Positions 1 to 17,788 of a DNA stretch of 60,889 nt are shown here, in pieces (position 1 is the first letter of the stretch; every line of letters begins with the position of its first letter). The DNA is taken from assembly GCA_002269645.1 (NCBI GenBank), contig NIVC01004094.1:1-60889 (forward strand), given 5' to 3'. The stretch comes from Macrostomum lignano. Its lineage: Eukaryota. Made by a program: the position numbers and the translations under genes. The notes under the pieces were generated by a model that saw only the letters and a list, made by a program, of their open reading frames with translations, was not told the DNA's origin and searched no databases.

Positions 1-316
1 TGAAGTTGAAGTCCTCGGACAGCTGACGCAGGTGGCAGCCGAAGCGACCTGTCCAGGGGGTGGAATCGAATTTTTGGCGTGCAATTTGCTTCTACTGCCA
101 CTGTTAGTAGGCTTATGCGAATATGTTTAAGGAGCTGTTTTACACTGACACCAATCACCAATATCTACAAAGATATTCACGTGGCCCTTGCGCAAACATT
201 CGCCCGAGCATTCACGGTGTGAGTTCCCGTGTTCGACTCAGCACACACGGCCATATTGCATGGCACTTGTCGAGCATTCACGCTAGCCAGTGTGTACACC
301 GCTTGATAGAAAATAA

Positions 317-850
317 GGTCAGTGGATTCAGTGGGTCAGTGGCAGAGTCAGTGGGTAAGTTGCCTCAGTAGGCCAGTGGGTCAGTGGTCAGTGGTTTCAT
401 GGGTCAGTGGTTTCAGTGGTCAGTGGTGTCAGTGGTTTCAGTGGGTCAGTGGTGTCAGTGGGTCAATGGTGTCAGTGGTAAGTGGTGTCAGTAGGTCAGT
501 GGTCAGTATGTCCGTGGTGTCAGTGGGTCCCTGGTGTCAGTCCCTGGTGATGAGTGCTGTCCCTGGGAGTGATGTCCCTGGTGTCAGTGGGTCTGTAACG
601 TCAGTTGGCCAGTGGTGTCAGTGGGTCAGTGGTGTCAGTGGTGTTAGTGGATCAATGAGCCAGTGGTGTCAGTAGGCCAGTGGGTCAGTAGGCCAATGGT
701 ATCAGTAGGTCAGTGGTGTCAGTAGGTCAGTGGTGTCGCAGACCAGTGGGTCAGTGCGTCAGTGGGGTCAGTAGACCAGTGGGTCAGTCGAGTCAGTGGG
801 GTCAGTAGACCAGTGGTCAGTCGAGTCAGTGGGGTCAAGTGGCCAGCATC
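317..850. repeat. Degenerate CAGTGG(T/G)-based minisatellite
   Basis: Reiterated cagtgg/gtcagtgg motifs; the overlapping ORFs are low-complexity artefacts. Confidence 0.85.
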
Positions 851-1597
851 CAGCAGCCGGTAGGTCAGGTGGTCGCGCGCACCGGCCGATGAGGAACGGC
901 CGCTGGTCCAGGGTTGCCTGCAGCGTCGCTTTGTGTGTGTGTTGGCGGACGGCTGGGGGCTCGAACTTGCGACCATGTTGGCTTATCCTAGATAGATAGA
1001 TCAGATTAGTAAGTAGAAGTCAATGTCGAAAAATAGGCCCCGAACCGAGCCCTGACGTTCTGATATTATCGAGGAATTTTTTAGATTAGGATTTATTATC
1101 GAGGAGAGCTTTTCTCCGCCTATGTTGACGAACAGTTTCGGAAACGAGTCTGAAGTGTCTTCCAGGTCTTCCGTGTTCCCTGAACAGCTATTTACGAGTA
1201 GCTTCGAACTCATGGGTATGCGAGAGCAACTCAAGCTTGAACATTCATGCTGACCGATCATCAAGTCTGTAGAGTTGCACCTGATTTACAGCATAATTTG
1301 CAATTTTCACAGAACATCCGAAATTATGTACACATAAAATCCGCCTGAATTTTTTAAATCTAAATTCTTTTCAGTTCAAGAGTGGCAGCTCCCAAACCCA
1401 ACAACTCATCCAAATCAGAAGCAAATTTGTCCATTTTCTGGACCAAATTCCCAACAGTATTTCTCCGCAGGTGATTGCTCAGCTGGGTCCCCTCATCTGC
1501 TTGCTTAAATCAGCTCTGAGACCTGACAAGTGTGACAGAGTTTGAGTCTGAAAATTTATTGTGACGTATCTTTTTGGCTCAAAACATGCAGCAGATT

Positions 1598-2000
1598 TAA
1601 CCGCAGAGATAAACACGGGCTTAAAATATCTAAAATTTCTGAAAACACAGCTCTTCACCACACAGATAAACACGGGCTTAAAATATCAGGCATTTCTAAA
1701 AAATAGCGATTAACCACACAGATAAACACGGGCTTAAAATATCAGGCATTTCTAAAAAATAGCGATTAACCACAGAGATAAACACGGGCTTAAAATATCA
1801 AACATTTCTAAAAAACAACGCTTAACCACAGAGATAAACACGGGCTTAAAATATCAAACATTTCTAAAAACAACGCTTAACCACAGAGATAAACACGGGC
1901 TTAAAATATCAAACATTTCTAAAAAACAACGCTTAACCACAGAGATAAAGGCTTAGAATATAAAAAATCTCTGAAAACACAGCGCTTAACCACAGAGTTA
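1598..2000. repeat. ~56-bp tandem repeat, ~7 copies
   Basis: gataaa(cacgggc) recurs at 1608, 1665, 1721, 1777, 1833, 1888 and 1944. Confidence 0.9.
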
Positions 2001-2039
2001 ACTAAAGCAAACAAGGCTCCCTGCAGCAGGTTATGCAGT

Positions 2040-2412
2040 CCCCGATTCTCATGTGCTCGATTCTCAAGTCCCCAATTCTCATGTGCCCGATTTGCATGTA
2101 CCCGATTCTCATGTGCCCGATTCTCAAGTCACCAATTCTCATGTGCCCGATTCTCAAGTCGCCAATTCTCATGTGCCGATTCTGATGTGCCTGATTCTCA
2201 TGTGCCCGATTCGCATGTGCCCGATTCTCATGTGCCCGATTCTCAAGTCGCCAATTCTCATGTGCCCGATTCTGATGTGCCTGATTCTCATGTGCCCGAT
2301 TCGCATGTGCCCGATTCTCATGTGCCCGATTCTGATGTGCCTGATTCTCATGTGCCTGATTCGCATGTGCCCGATTCTCAAGTCCCCAATTCTCATGTGC
2401 CCGATTCTCATG
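2040..2412. repeat. 15-bp minisatellite (cccgattctcatgtg)
   Basis: Direct tandem repeats immediately downstream of the WSC gene stop codon. Confidence 0.9.
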
Positions 2413-2421
2413 TCCGGAGCC

Positions 2422-3123
2422 TCAGATGCCAACGAGGAATTCCCCAGCCACGGTCTCCAGCTCGTGCGGCAGAACGGCGAATTTCAGCAGGTGGCAGGCG
2501 TCCAGTGAAACAGCACGGCCTGGCAGTTGACAACGCATTGAACCAGACAGTCAGCCAGGCTCCTGACGGGCTGCACGGTGCGGTACATCGGCCCGGCAGA
2601 GGTCAGGTTCAGGTAGACCGGTCAGCAGAGTTGAAACGCTTGGCAACTGAAAGAAAGATAAGCGAGAAAAATCCTGGAAAGGCTTTAGCCACTAGAGAAG
2701 ACACTCAGCTGGGTTGCACTTGCCTGGGTGAGAGCGGGCCAGACGGTACACGGAATTTCGATGAGCGCCTCCGCAGATTTGCGAGGCGTTGCCACGGCAG
2801 TTCATGTTGCAGTCGCTACCGGTGCAGAGCCATACCTGCCGTACAAGTTGCTGCAGAAGCATGTTTCTGCATACTGAGTTCCAAAGTAGTGAAAGTTGCC
2901 GTAGCTGCAGACTTTGTCGCACAGCCCCAGAGTCATCGAGCTGGATGGCACAAGCAAACCCTGCACTGAGTAGGGCCCGATGGTGGAGTGTCCTGCCAGG
3001 CCGTCAAGGTCCCTGGGGTCACTGTCTGCAAAGCAGCCCATGAAAGTGAACTCAGTGGTGGCCAGCGAGTAGCCGAAGGCGATGCAGCAACAGAGAAGCG
3101 GCAGAATTGATGAGGCCTGCATT
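2422..3123 (-). CDS. Secreted WSC-domain protein with C-terminal PAN/apple-like cysteine module; 2 exons, several apparent frameshifts
   Basis: Signal peptide MQASSILPLLCCCIAFG; WSC pattern FMGCFADS...CDKVC...YFGTQYAETCFC...C NMNCRGNASQICGG..RNSVY across a frameshift near 2815; AG|GCAAGT donor and ctttctttcag acceptor (~2650); tail RSLADCLVQC..NCQAV...CHLLKF...FLVGI*. Confidence 0.75.
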
Positions 3124-3708
3124 GTCAGCGCTTTGAAATGTTTTTCTATTGAGAGAGGCTTCTGCCTCCGCAAGCTGCTTTATGCATTTTGCCAAACCAT
3201 AGTTTGAGGACGTGGGCGTTGCGACAGCTACATGGAGGGGATGCGACACGCGCGGGCTCATCGTGTACGAGACAGATGGCATAACTGGGCCCAAGGACTC
3301 ATGCCTGCAAGTTCTCACTGAAACAATAAAGCATATTGCAGCCCTGATAAGCCCATATCCAATTGTGTCCACTAACGTGTGCAGTCCGTTTCAGTTGAAG
3401 AGCCTGGGTGAGATGGGTGAGCTGTTTTGCCTAGTAACGGAAGCAGTTGAAAATAATTTTTCCTCTGGGGATGAAAACCTTGTTAAGCTACGCAACTCAG
3501 CCCCGCCGTAGCCGAAAACTAAAAGCCAGCGAGCGGTTCCCGTCATCCTAGAAATAATAGCGAAGTTTCCTAGAGCTGCAGTTTTCAGGTCGCAAGTTGC
3601 ATTTCCAAATGCGCCCAGCACATTTGGTCGCAGAGTAGATATAAGCGTTCGGAAATGAGTTCACAGACAATCTCATAGAGCAAATGAAACAGATTCAGTT
3701 AGAAAATA

Positions 3709-3713
3709 CAGAC

Positions 3714-3752
<39 letters not shown>

Positions 3753-3817
3753 CACAAACAGACAGACAGACAGACAGACAGGCAGACAGACAGATAGACA
3801 GACAGACAGACAGACAC

Positions 3818-3852
<35 letters not shown>

Positions 3853-3853
3853 C

Positions 3854-3884
<31 letters not shown>

Positions 3885-3945
3885 CACAAACAGACAGACA
3901 GACAGACAGGCAGACAGACAGATAGACAGACAGACAGACAGACAC

Positions 3946-4017
<72 letters not shown>
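3709..4017. repeat. (AGAC)n microsatellite
   Basis: Near-perfect tetranucleotide array. Confidence 0.97.
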
Positions 4018-4301
4018 CTAATGTGACAGGCAAAATAATGATACTGCATGGTCCCTAATGATGAAAAGGAGCTGCTGTAATTCATGGTAAAGAGATGCTG
4101 GTCGCTCATGATGAAGGGGAGATGCTGATCACAGCCCCAAAACAAATGAAAAAAGCAAGGCACAAAAAACTTGTCTGTCGGATTTTACAAAATCAAAGTT
4201 CCTTTCTAAAATGCAGTTGACAGATTTTTTTTGCAGCACCGCGACTGTAGGAAATATAAATTGTATTTGAAATGAAATACATGACAAATTGCCGGAGTCC
4301 A

Positions 4302-7454
<3,153 letters not shown>

Positions 7455-10400
7455 GGGACTGGCGACAGGAGCTGCTGCTTAAAGGCGGTCTCTGCGCTGC
7501 TGGCTGTGGGGAGCAGGTTTTTTAATTTTATTTTGAATATCTCTAAGCTGATGCATCTGCATCTATTTACACACACAACTAATAATTTGACCTAACAATT
7601 GACTAAACAAAATTAAAAAGCACAAAATAAAAATTGTTAACTAAGACTTTAGTAACTATCGTTAACTGATAATTTCACTTTAGGTTTATTACAAGCAAAA
7701 TAAATTAACTTAATAACTTAATTATTAACTTAACTGATTATAATACATAGTAATGACAGCAAATTTAACAATAATTTTTAGTTCAATAAAGACCCTATCT
7801 ATACAATACTTACAATACTGTTTTTGGCTCTCTTCTAGTAATTGCTGGGTTCTAAATTGAACACTAATAAAAATTCGCTTCTCTTATAGCACTATTTTAG
7901 AAATATTTTCCAATACTTGCTAGGTCAATGTTATGCAACATAACTAATGAATAGAATGACAAGGACCACTAGGAACACTTTGTTATATAGGATGTAACAC
8001 TCTTGATTCATATGAAAATAGTTGAAGGCTGATTTTTATTCTTGTATACATTAGTGAGATAGACGAAATGCATGATTTTCAACATCATGTGCTATTTGCA
8101 GAGGCCTATGGCTATTAATTTCCAAAATTTTGCAGTATGTAACCAAAAACACTTAGCTAAATTATATTATTTTGTGGTTTAGTCATATTTTTTGGTTATT
8201 TACCATTTTTTTACATTACTTATGACTAGTAGGCCAGCTAGGTAGGCCTATGACTAAGGACATATGTTTATCAACTGGTAGTAAATACTTCACAGGTCTA
8301 GACTTATTTGATTTCTAGCTAGGCTAGTCATAACCCTAACTGCCTTAACTAACTTCTTTTTTATTGATCACATACCTGCAAAGTATGGCCTAGGCCTATT
8401 TATTGAAACTTTATTATAAATTTGAAACTCAAAAAAATTTAGGGTTTTTGATCCCAAGCCAAGGTTTTGGGACACAGGCAATCAATGACAATGACCCTAG
8501 GCCTAGAGTAATAATTAGGGTCTAAAATAAAACTTTATTTGTTTTGAGAAGTTTTTAAATAAAACTAATGATACCTTATCCTTATTGCTAAGGATTTAGC
8601 AATCTTATTAAGTAAGACTGTTTTTAGTCAATTTTTGGGTTATCTTATTATTTCTCTTAGTATTTAGCAATTGTTTCCTAGGTTTATGCTTTAGCTATAT
8701 GATAAAGATGTTATATTATCTTGAATTTCAAAATTGCAACTTCAAGTTGGACCTTGGATACAATTTAGTATCTTAGTACTAGGCTTAGCAAAAAACCTTG
8801 GCTAAGGCATCCTTAAGCTATAGTATCCTTATTGTACAATATCTTTTTTTGATTGAATTTTGAACTTGGACCTTGGATACAATTTCATATTGCATCCTAG
8901 ACATAGACCTAGTGTAGTGCCAGCAAAAAACCTAGGTTTTTATATTGTTTTTTTGTTTCCCAATGATTTTTATACTCCACATGGTACTATTACTGCACTA
9001 GCAGTTATATAGTCAAGAACACATTCAGATTATATACACCAAGGGTTGGAAAACTTTTACCTCAAAGGCTTAATAGAGAATCTAGCTCTGATGATAGGCT
9101 AGAAAAGGATAAAAGAAGAAAAAGAAGTGAGATAAGAAAAAGGAAGTGAAAGAATAATTGGAAAGATAGTTGGGATAAAATTAAAGATAGAAGAAAAAAG
9201 GAAAAGGATAAAAAAAAGTAAAAGGAGGAAGGAGAGGATAAAAGAATCCTTATGTCCCTGTGGTACAAATTTTCTAGGGAATTGACATCTCTAGATTTAG
9301 GCCCTACTTGATAGCAGTCATATATATTTTTAACTTTTTAATAATCACTTTTTGATATCTTAAAAATGTTTATCAGCAAACTATTTTAACAAATTAAGTT
9401 AAAATTTTATAATAAAGGTGGAGTAGTTTAGTAGTACTTGTCTAAAATTATTAGGGCCTATTATACAATATTTTTATTATATGTAGGGAATGATAAAGCT
9501 CAAGTCAGTATTATTCATAGGCCTACAGTTCATTTTTTCATTTTTAACTTTATTTCATTGCAGACCAGTTGTTAGGCCAATGAAGTTTTGTTTGCCAAGA
9601 TATACAAGCAACTATACTACTGGTAATATCTGGCTAGGATGGAATTTAATTACAACTTGAGGCCCAGGTGCACACTTCTGTTCATGCTCCTGTGATGCTC
9701 TTGGATATCTAGAAGTAAGATGCCCAGGTGAGGTCCTGCAGCTTTCACAGGTGACTGAGATGACAGACCAGCTAATTCTAATACATCCTAAACTTGATTT
9801 TGATGTTTAGAGTGATAGGATTTGTCAGCATATACATGTAACATTTGTACACATGATCCCAACACTGCTTATGAATCATTCTTTTACTATGCTAAATTTG
9901 TTAAAAGAATTTTGATGCATTTGCTTGTTTGTTATTTATTATTTCATTTTGTTTGCTCAGTACTGTTATATCACTTTGCAACACTGCTGGACCAACAATA
10001 AAATTTCCTCAATATAGTTTATCATACCTCGTCAATTTTGTGCCAGACAGACTGCTATTTATAATTTGAGCTAAAAGCAAATAAACTTGACAAGTCTGCT
10101 TGTTTGCTAAATTCTACTGCCACTCGCAAGCCACTTCAATTTACAAGATTATAGAGAATAGAAGAATGTTAAAACAGGGTCTGCTTTGTGATGTTTTGCT
10201 TTTTCTTCTCACTCATTTTTTCTGACTAGCCATCTTGTAAGAAAGATTTTAAAGGATATAGTAGACCAAAGTATGCGGGTTCTGTATATGATCTCCAGAC
10301 TCCAATATATTTTCAGAAACGTCACTAATGAAACTAAGAGCGTATTCACAAAAAATGCGCTCAAGATTTTCGGCTACTTTATTAATTTTGCTTCCTAAAC

Positions 10401-12277
10401 TTGAAGATTTGAATCGCTACCATACGCCTAAAAATAGGGTGTCTCCATTGTACAGGATTTTCTTGCATCTACAAATAGTGGGAAGCTAAACTAACTGACT
10501 TACTTGGTAGGGGACAAAAATCCGAACAATCTGTCGAAAAAATTAACCTTCTACATGCAACCGATTCGGAGATACAGACATTTTAATAATCGGCCTTCAA
10601 CTATTTTTGCACGATTTGCAAGTGTTGCGTCCTTCAAGTCTAGTAGTCCTTGTAAAATGATCGATAGGTTGTATTTTTATGCGTACATATTATCTCCCTG
10701 AAGCAGAATATGGGGTACAAAATAGCTAATTGCGATTTATAAAGACAAAAATAGTAAAGCTCACTGCATTACTTTGCATAGCTAACGCCAACCAACTTAC
10801 GTAATTCATGCCCTGGAGCGGCCTGTGCAGGCCGTTCTTAGAGACTGACTGATGATTCATAATTTGCAATATTGTAATGTCACAACTGTTGGAATCTGTA
10901 AATAAAAACTCTTACGTTTTATAAAAATATATAATTTATGAGTTCAATCGATATTTTTAAAAAACGCTGCTGTTTTTTTACAAAAATTAATTGTATTTTG
11001 TTAAAACAAGCAGAAAAAATTTTTTTAATGCCGCGTAGCATTGTGTGTACGTTTAATAATTGCGTCGCGATTTTCTACAATTTAATTTTTATGACATACA
11101 CGAAAGTACGTGCCTATAGTCAGGATGTCTATACACTCCAACAGATATTGACTTTCCTTTTATTGCAAATCTATCCAAACTATCCTTGAGCTTCTTACAC
11201 AAGTTCTTGCCAGGAAAGTGTCGGATTTACATGTACACTATTGAAATTGATACGCTACACATGTAAATTAGCATGACACACTACATATCTAAGCGGTTGT
11301 AATTTGCTACTTAGGTATCGGTTCAGAGTATAAACTCAATGATGAACATGCATGAACCTCACTGCAATTACGAGTATTTAAGTTTATATCTCTAAGATTT
11401 TTAATACTGCATATTTGACGTCTAGCTACCCTAGAACGGCCCGGCCGCTAAATAAGATTTTGCATCATGATGGTAGTACACCACAAGAGTATAAAGGACC
11501 GTGTCGTACAGTTGAAAATAAAAGTACTCGCACTTGACTGCAAGTACTTGTGAACCTTTTCATACACTTCATTTTCGTAGAACTACTGAGAGATGATCGA
11601 GCGGTAACTGCATTTTGTTGTATCGCTATTGGTAGGTATCGAGAAATCGCGCAATCATACAACAATTAGAATTGATTGCAGAGGATATAAGTCTAAGGTT
11701 CGGACTTATTTTTCAAAAAATCAAATTATCTAAGTAATGACGAAGACATTAAAAAAATTACATGGACCTTTAATATTATTCTCAAAGGCCGGAGTCCATT
11801 ATTATTATTTTACTAAATACGCGGCCTAACATATGAAGGCCGGCCTATAAAACTATTTTGAAGTTTTTGCACAAAAAATAAAAAATTATGATAACAATTA
11901 GGCTGATAAAAGTGTCTAGTCAGAATTTCATCAGCTACCTTTTAAATGACAGGATTTTTCAAGTTGCCCATGGTCAGCATTATACCGTTTTTTAGTTGAG
12001 AAAAAAGCGAACTACATGTAAATTATATCGAATTACCAATAAATTTGTTATACTTTAATGAGTATATTTTCGATAAGTACATGTATTTGCACGCAGTGCA
12101 ATAAATTTTTTTTAAAGTTATAGCAACGAGTTATATGTTTTAACAATTATTTAGGACATTTGACTGGCTTCTTCAGCCAGTCCGCTCGTACATGCACATA
12201 TGGGTGCAAAATACCAGATTTGAGAAAAGCTTAGCAAGCAAGCGAAAAAACACAGGAAAAAATACGTCGTAAATATA

Positions 12278-12986
12278 CTAGACAATCGCCGAGCTGCTGG
12301 AAACGCTAAAGGCAGACTGGCGCAAGAACTGCTGCCGCCTGAACGAGGGCTGCCTCTGGCGCTGCTGGTCCACGCAATCGTTTTGATCCACTGCGACTCT
12401 GGCAACTGCATCATTTCCAGTCTCGCTTTTCGGCCTAATCCCTATTTCCACATCTCTTCCGGTTGCGGTCGCAGTTCTAGTTTCGACAAATATTCCACTT
12501 CCGGTCACGGTTCCGCTTTCGAGCCCGCTTCCGGTTCCAAACATGCTCGCTGTTTGAAAGCCGGTTCCAGTTGCGGCAGTGCTGGATGTGACGGCAGCGC
12601 TGTTAACCACGCACAGAGGCTGCACCGGAAGTTGACGCCACAGTCCCGTTATGGGCGGCGCCGCGCCTAGACCGGGCACATTCGGACAGCCAAAGCCGAA
12701 ATTCGGAACTCCCGGCAGCAGCAGGCGGCCCGGCATGACAAACTGGCGCTCCCGATGGCGGCGCCATTTCGCTTGGCGCGCAGCTGCCAGGCCGCTGAGC
12801 TTGAACTGGCGGCAGCAGGCCACGGCGAGGGCGAGGCTGGCCAGCGCCGCCGCCAGGCCGCCGCCCAGTGCCAGCGTCAGCCGCTCCTCCTGCGGTCCCA
12901 AGCCGGCGCCGCTGGTGAAATGGCGCGGGCCGGGGTGCTGCACGGTGAGCACGCTGCCGAACTGGCGTTCAGTGCCGAGTTGCGAG
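12278..12986 (-). CDS. Probable terminal exon of a single-pass membrane protein
   Basis: GC-rich open frame after a ctccag acceptor; hydrophobic LTLALGGGLAAALASLALAVACC followed by basic residues and a low-complexity tail; no family recognised. Confidence 0.45.
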
Positions 12987-13982
12987 CTGGAGAAGATTCG
13001 GATTGCGTGTGAGTTATGAGAAGACAAACCTTTACTGGAAATTAAATGTACGCATGAATGAATTTTGGGAAATAGGGGATTTCTGTGGAGATGAGGATTA
13101 TAGCGACTTCTGCCCCCCTTCAGTTGAACTTGTTTACTCTCTCGTGCGATTCAGTCCAGCCTTTTCTCTCTCACCCTCTGTTCACTCTGATTGGTCCTCA
13201 CCTCGTCCCTCTTTAGCCTCTCGTTCTCACCCACCCCTCTTTTATTATCTGCATTCAATACCCCTAAGCTAATGTCCAGTTGTGAGTCCGAAGCTATAGT
13301 TAATTAGCTGGTAATTAAAGAAGACTCATTATAAGAAGAGGTCAGTTGTAAGCTTAGAATCAAAAGAAATCTCGAAGCAAGGACCACTAGAAGTTACCGT
13401 TGTATCTTCTAGTGGTCCTTGTCTCGAAGGATGGAAGAAAAGATAGAGAAGGTAAAATCTGGGTCACGCACCTTCCGCTGTCTCCAAAGAGCGAGTCCAC
13501 TGGCGGCATTGAGAGAGCAGGAAATCAGGATATCTCTTCAGCTTTCTTCAGACAAAATGTTGTCACCCGAGTTTCGCCAAGCCATGCGCTCAATTTATAC
13601 GAACCTCGGGCACCGTGCAATCCGACACGTGAGACGGTCGCGAACTTGCAGCCGCAGTGCTACCCCTGAGAATTAGTCAGCTAATTTGTTCATGCACGGC
13701 TGAAGCCAGCGATGACTCATCCGCGGTTTTTTGGTGGGCTTCGCTGACTCGAGGGCATCCGCGCGTAGGCTCGGTTCGACAGAGTCGCTACAACTGCGAA
13801 CTGCACGCAGAGGTATCGAGTTTCACTTAAGCGGCCCAGCGAAATTTTTAGAATGACTTTTTGCAGATTTGTTCTGCGGCTAGAAACTATGGTAGAAAAA
13901 CTGCCGTGACGTGCACCATCAAGTATCTCTTCACTGAAAATTTACTGATAAGGAAACCTGGGACAAGTGTGAGATGTACAGA

Positions 13983-16900
13983 AACACTGCATGCACACAC
14001 TGATGCACTGCATGCACACACTGATGCACTGCATGCACACACTGATGCACTGCATGCACACACTGAGACACTGCATGCACACACTGATGCACTGCATGCA
14101 CACACTGATGCACTGCATGCACACACTGATGCACTGCATGCACACACTGATGCACTGCATGCACACACTGATGCACTGCATGCACACACTGATGCACTGC
14201 ATGCACACACTGATGCACTGCATGCACACACTGATGCACTGCATGCACACACTGAGACACTGCATGCACACACTGAGACACTGCATGCACACACTGAGAC
14301 ACTGCATGCACACACTGATGCACTGCATGCACACACTGAGACACTGCATGCACACACTGATGCACTGCATGCACACACTGATGCACTGCATGCACACACT
14401 GATGCACTGCATGCACACACTGAGACACTGCATGCACACACTGAGACACTGCATGCACACACTGAGAGACTGCATGCACACACTGAGACACTGCATGCAC
14501 ACACTGATGCACTGCATGCACACACTGAGACACTGCATGCACACACTGAGACACTGCATGCACACACTGAGACACTGCATGCACACACTGATGCACTGCA
14601 TGCACACACTGATGCACTGCATGCACACACTGATGCACTGCATGCACACACTGAGACACTGCATGCACACACTGAGACACTGCATGCACACACTGAGACA
14701 CTGCATGCACACACTGATGCACTGCATGCACTGCATGCACACACTGATGCACTGCATGCACACACTGAGACACTGCATGCACACACTGAGACACTGCATG
14801 CACACACTGAGACACTGCATGCACACACTGAGACACTGCATGCACACACTGATGCACTGCATGCACACACTGATGCACTGCATGCACACACTGATGCACT
14901 GCATGCACACACTGAGACACTGCATGCACACACTGAGACACTGCATGCACACACTGAGACACTGCATGCACACACTGATGCACTGCATGCACACACTGAT
15001 GCACTGCATGCACACACTGATGCACTGCATGCACACACTGAGACACTGCATGCACACACTGAGACACTGCATGCACACACTGAGAGACTGCATGCACACA
15101 CTGAGACACTGCATGCACACACTGAGACACTGCATGCACACACTGAGACACTGCATGCACACACTGAGACACTGCATGCACACACTGAGACACTGCATGC
15201 ACACACTGAGACACTGCATGCACACACTGATGCACTGCATGCACACACTGATGCACTGCATGCACACACTGATGCACTGCATGCACACACTGATGCACTG
15301 CATGCACACACTGAGACACTGCATGCACACACTGAGACACTGCATGCACACACTGAGACACTGCATGCACACACTGATGCACTGCATGCACACACTGATG
15401 CACTGCATGCACACACTGATGCACTGCATGCACACACTGAGACACTGCATGCACACACTGAGACACTGCATGCACACACTGAGACACTGCATGCACACAC
15501 TGAGACACTGCATGCACACACTGATGCACTGCATGCACACACTGATGCACTGCATGCACACACTGATGCACTGCATGCACACACTGATGCACTGCATGCA
15601 CACACTGAGACACTGCATGCACACACTGAGACACTGCATGCACACACTGAGACACTGCATGCACACACTGATGCACTGCATGCACACACTGAGACACTGC
15701 ATGCACACACTGATACATTGCATGCACACACCGATACACTGCATGCACACACTGATGCACTGCATGCACACACTGAGACACTGCATGCACACACTGATGC
15801 ACTGCATGCACACACTGATGCACTGCATGCACACACTAAGACACTGCATGCACACACTGAGACACTGCATGCACACACTGAGACACTGCATGCACACACT
15901 GAGACACTGCATGCACACACTGAGACACTGCATGCACACACTGATGCACTGCATGCACACACTGATGCACTGCATGCACACACTGATGCACTGCATGCAC
16001 ACACTGAGACACTGCATGCACACACTGAGACACTGCATGCACACACTGAGACACTGCATGCACACACTGATGCACTGCATGCACACACTGATGCACTGCA
16101 TGCACACACTGATGCACTGCATGCACACACTGAGACACTGCATGCACACACTGAGACACTGCATGCACACACTGAGAGACTGCATGCACACACTGAGACA
16201 CTGCATGCACACACTGAGACACTGCATGCACACACTGAGACACTGCATGCACACACTGAGACACTGCATGCACACACTGAGACACTGCATGCACACACTG
16301 ATGCACTGCATGCACACACTGATGCACTGCATGCACACACTGATGCACTGCATGCACACACTGATGCACTGCATGCACACACTGAGACACTGCATGCACA
16401 CACTGAGACACTGCATGCACACACTGAGACACTGCATGCACACACTGATGCACTGCATGCACACACTGATGCACTGCATGCACACACTGATGCACTGCAT
16501 GCACACACTGAGACACTGCATGCACACACTGAGACACTGCATGCACACACTGAGACACTGCATGCACACACTGAGACACTGCATGCACACACTGATGCAC
16601 TGCATGCACACACTGATGCACTGCATGCACACACTGAGACACTGCATGCACACACTGAGACACTGCATGCACACACTGAGACACTGCATGCACACACTGA
16701 TGCACTGCATGCACACACTGAGACACTGCATGCACACACTGATGCACTGCATGCACACACTGAGACACTGCATGCACACACTGATACATTGCATGCACAC
16801 ACCGATACACTGCATGCACACACTGATGCACTGCATGCACACACTGAGACACTGCATGCACACACTGATGCACTGCATGCACACACTGATGCACTGCATG

Positions 16901-17530
16901 CACACACTAAGACACTGCATGCACACACTGAGACACTGCATGCACACACTGAGACACTGCATGCACACACTGAGACACTGCATGCACACACTGATGCACT
17001 GCATGCACACACTGATGCACTGCATGCACACACTGATGCACTGCATGCACACACTGAGACACTGCATGCACACACTGAGACACTGCATGCACACACTGAG
17101 ACACTGCATGCACACACTGAGACACTGCATGCACACACTGATGCACTGCATGCACACACTGATGCACTGCATGCACACACTGAGACACTGCATGCACACA
17201 CTGAGACACTGCATGCACACACTGAGACACTGCATGCACACACTGATGCACTACATGCACACACTGAGACACTGCATGCACACACTGATGCACTGCATGC
17301 ACACACTGAGACACTGCATGCACACACTGATACATTGCATGCACACACCGATACACTGCATGCACACACTGATGCACTGCATGCACACACTGAGACACTG
17401 CATGCACACACTGAGACACTGCATGCACACACTGAGACACTGCATGCACACACTGAGACACTGCATGCACACACTGAGACACTGCATGCACACACTGAGA
17501 CACTGCATGCACACACTGAGACACTGCATG
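13983..17530. repeat. 21-bp minisatellite, ~169 units, two main variants (tgagacac / tgatgcac)
   Basis: Unit cactgcatgcacacactga(ga/tg); accounts for all the >1000-aa ORFs here. Confidence 0.98.
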
Positions 17531-17788
17531 CTTAGATAATTCAGAGTCTTGTTGGTTGCAACTAAAAGACTTACTGCTGAAATTCCAAACCGGATTTGCT
17601 AAAATTGTATCGATTGAGGCTGCCAGAGACTCGATATTCGCGTATCCAAACGGCTGTTCGATAAAAACCGCAAACCGCCTCCAGCGAGTCATTGGTGTTG
17701 CAAATCATTGAATTCTCTCACCAACACTGTTTCATACAGCAATATGATCTGGCACATTTTGCTCCTAGAAGTATTGCAATTCTGTCAG

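Noticed and set aside
1-970. Possible minus-strand exons at 1-48 (GRFGCHLRQLSEDFNF) and ~850-965
   Set aside because: GC-rich with a plausible acceptor, but too short and truncated to assign; no convincing donor for the upstream piece.
7600-12150. Short ORFs and possible transposon remnants in the AT-rich region
   Set aside because: No recognisable domains, terminal repeats or TSDs; the 9062-9268 ORF is a purine-rich low-complexity tract.
13861-17692. ORFs of 260-1224 aa (HAHTETL, CMHTL, VCACS repeats)
   Set aside because: They are translations of a stop-poor 21-bp minisatellite open in nearly all frames; there is no coding signature.
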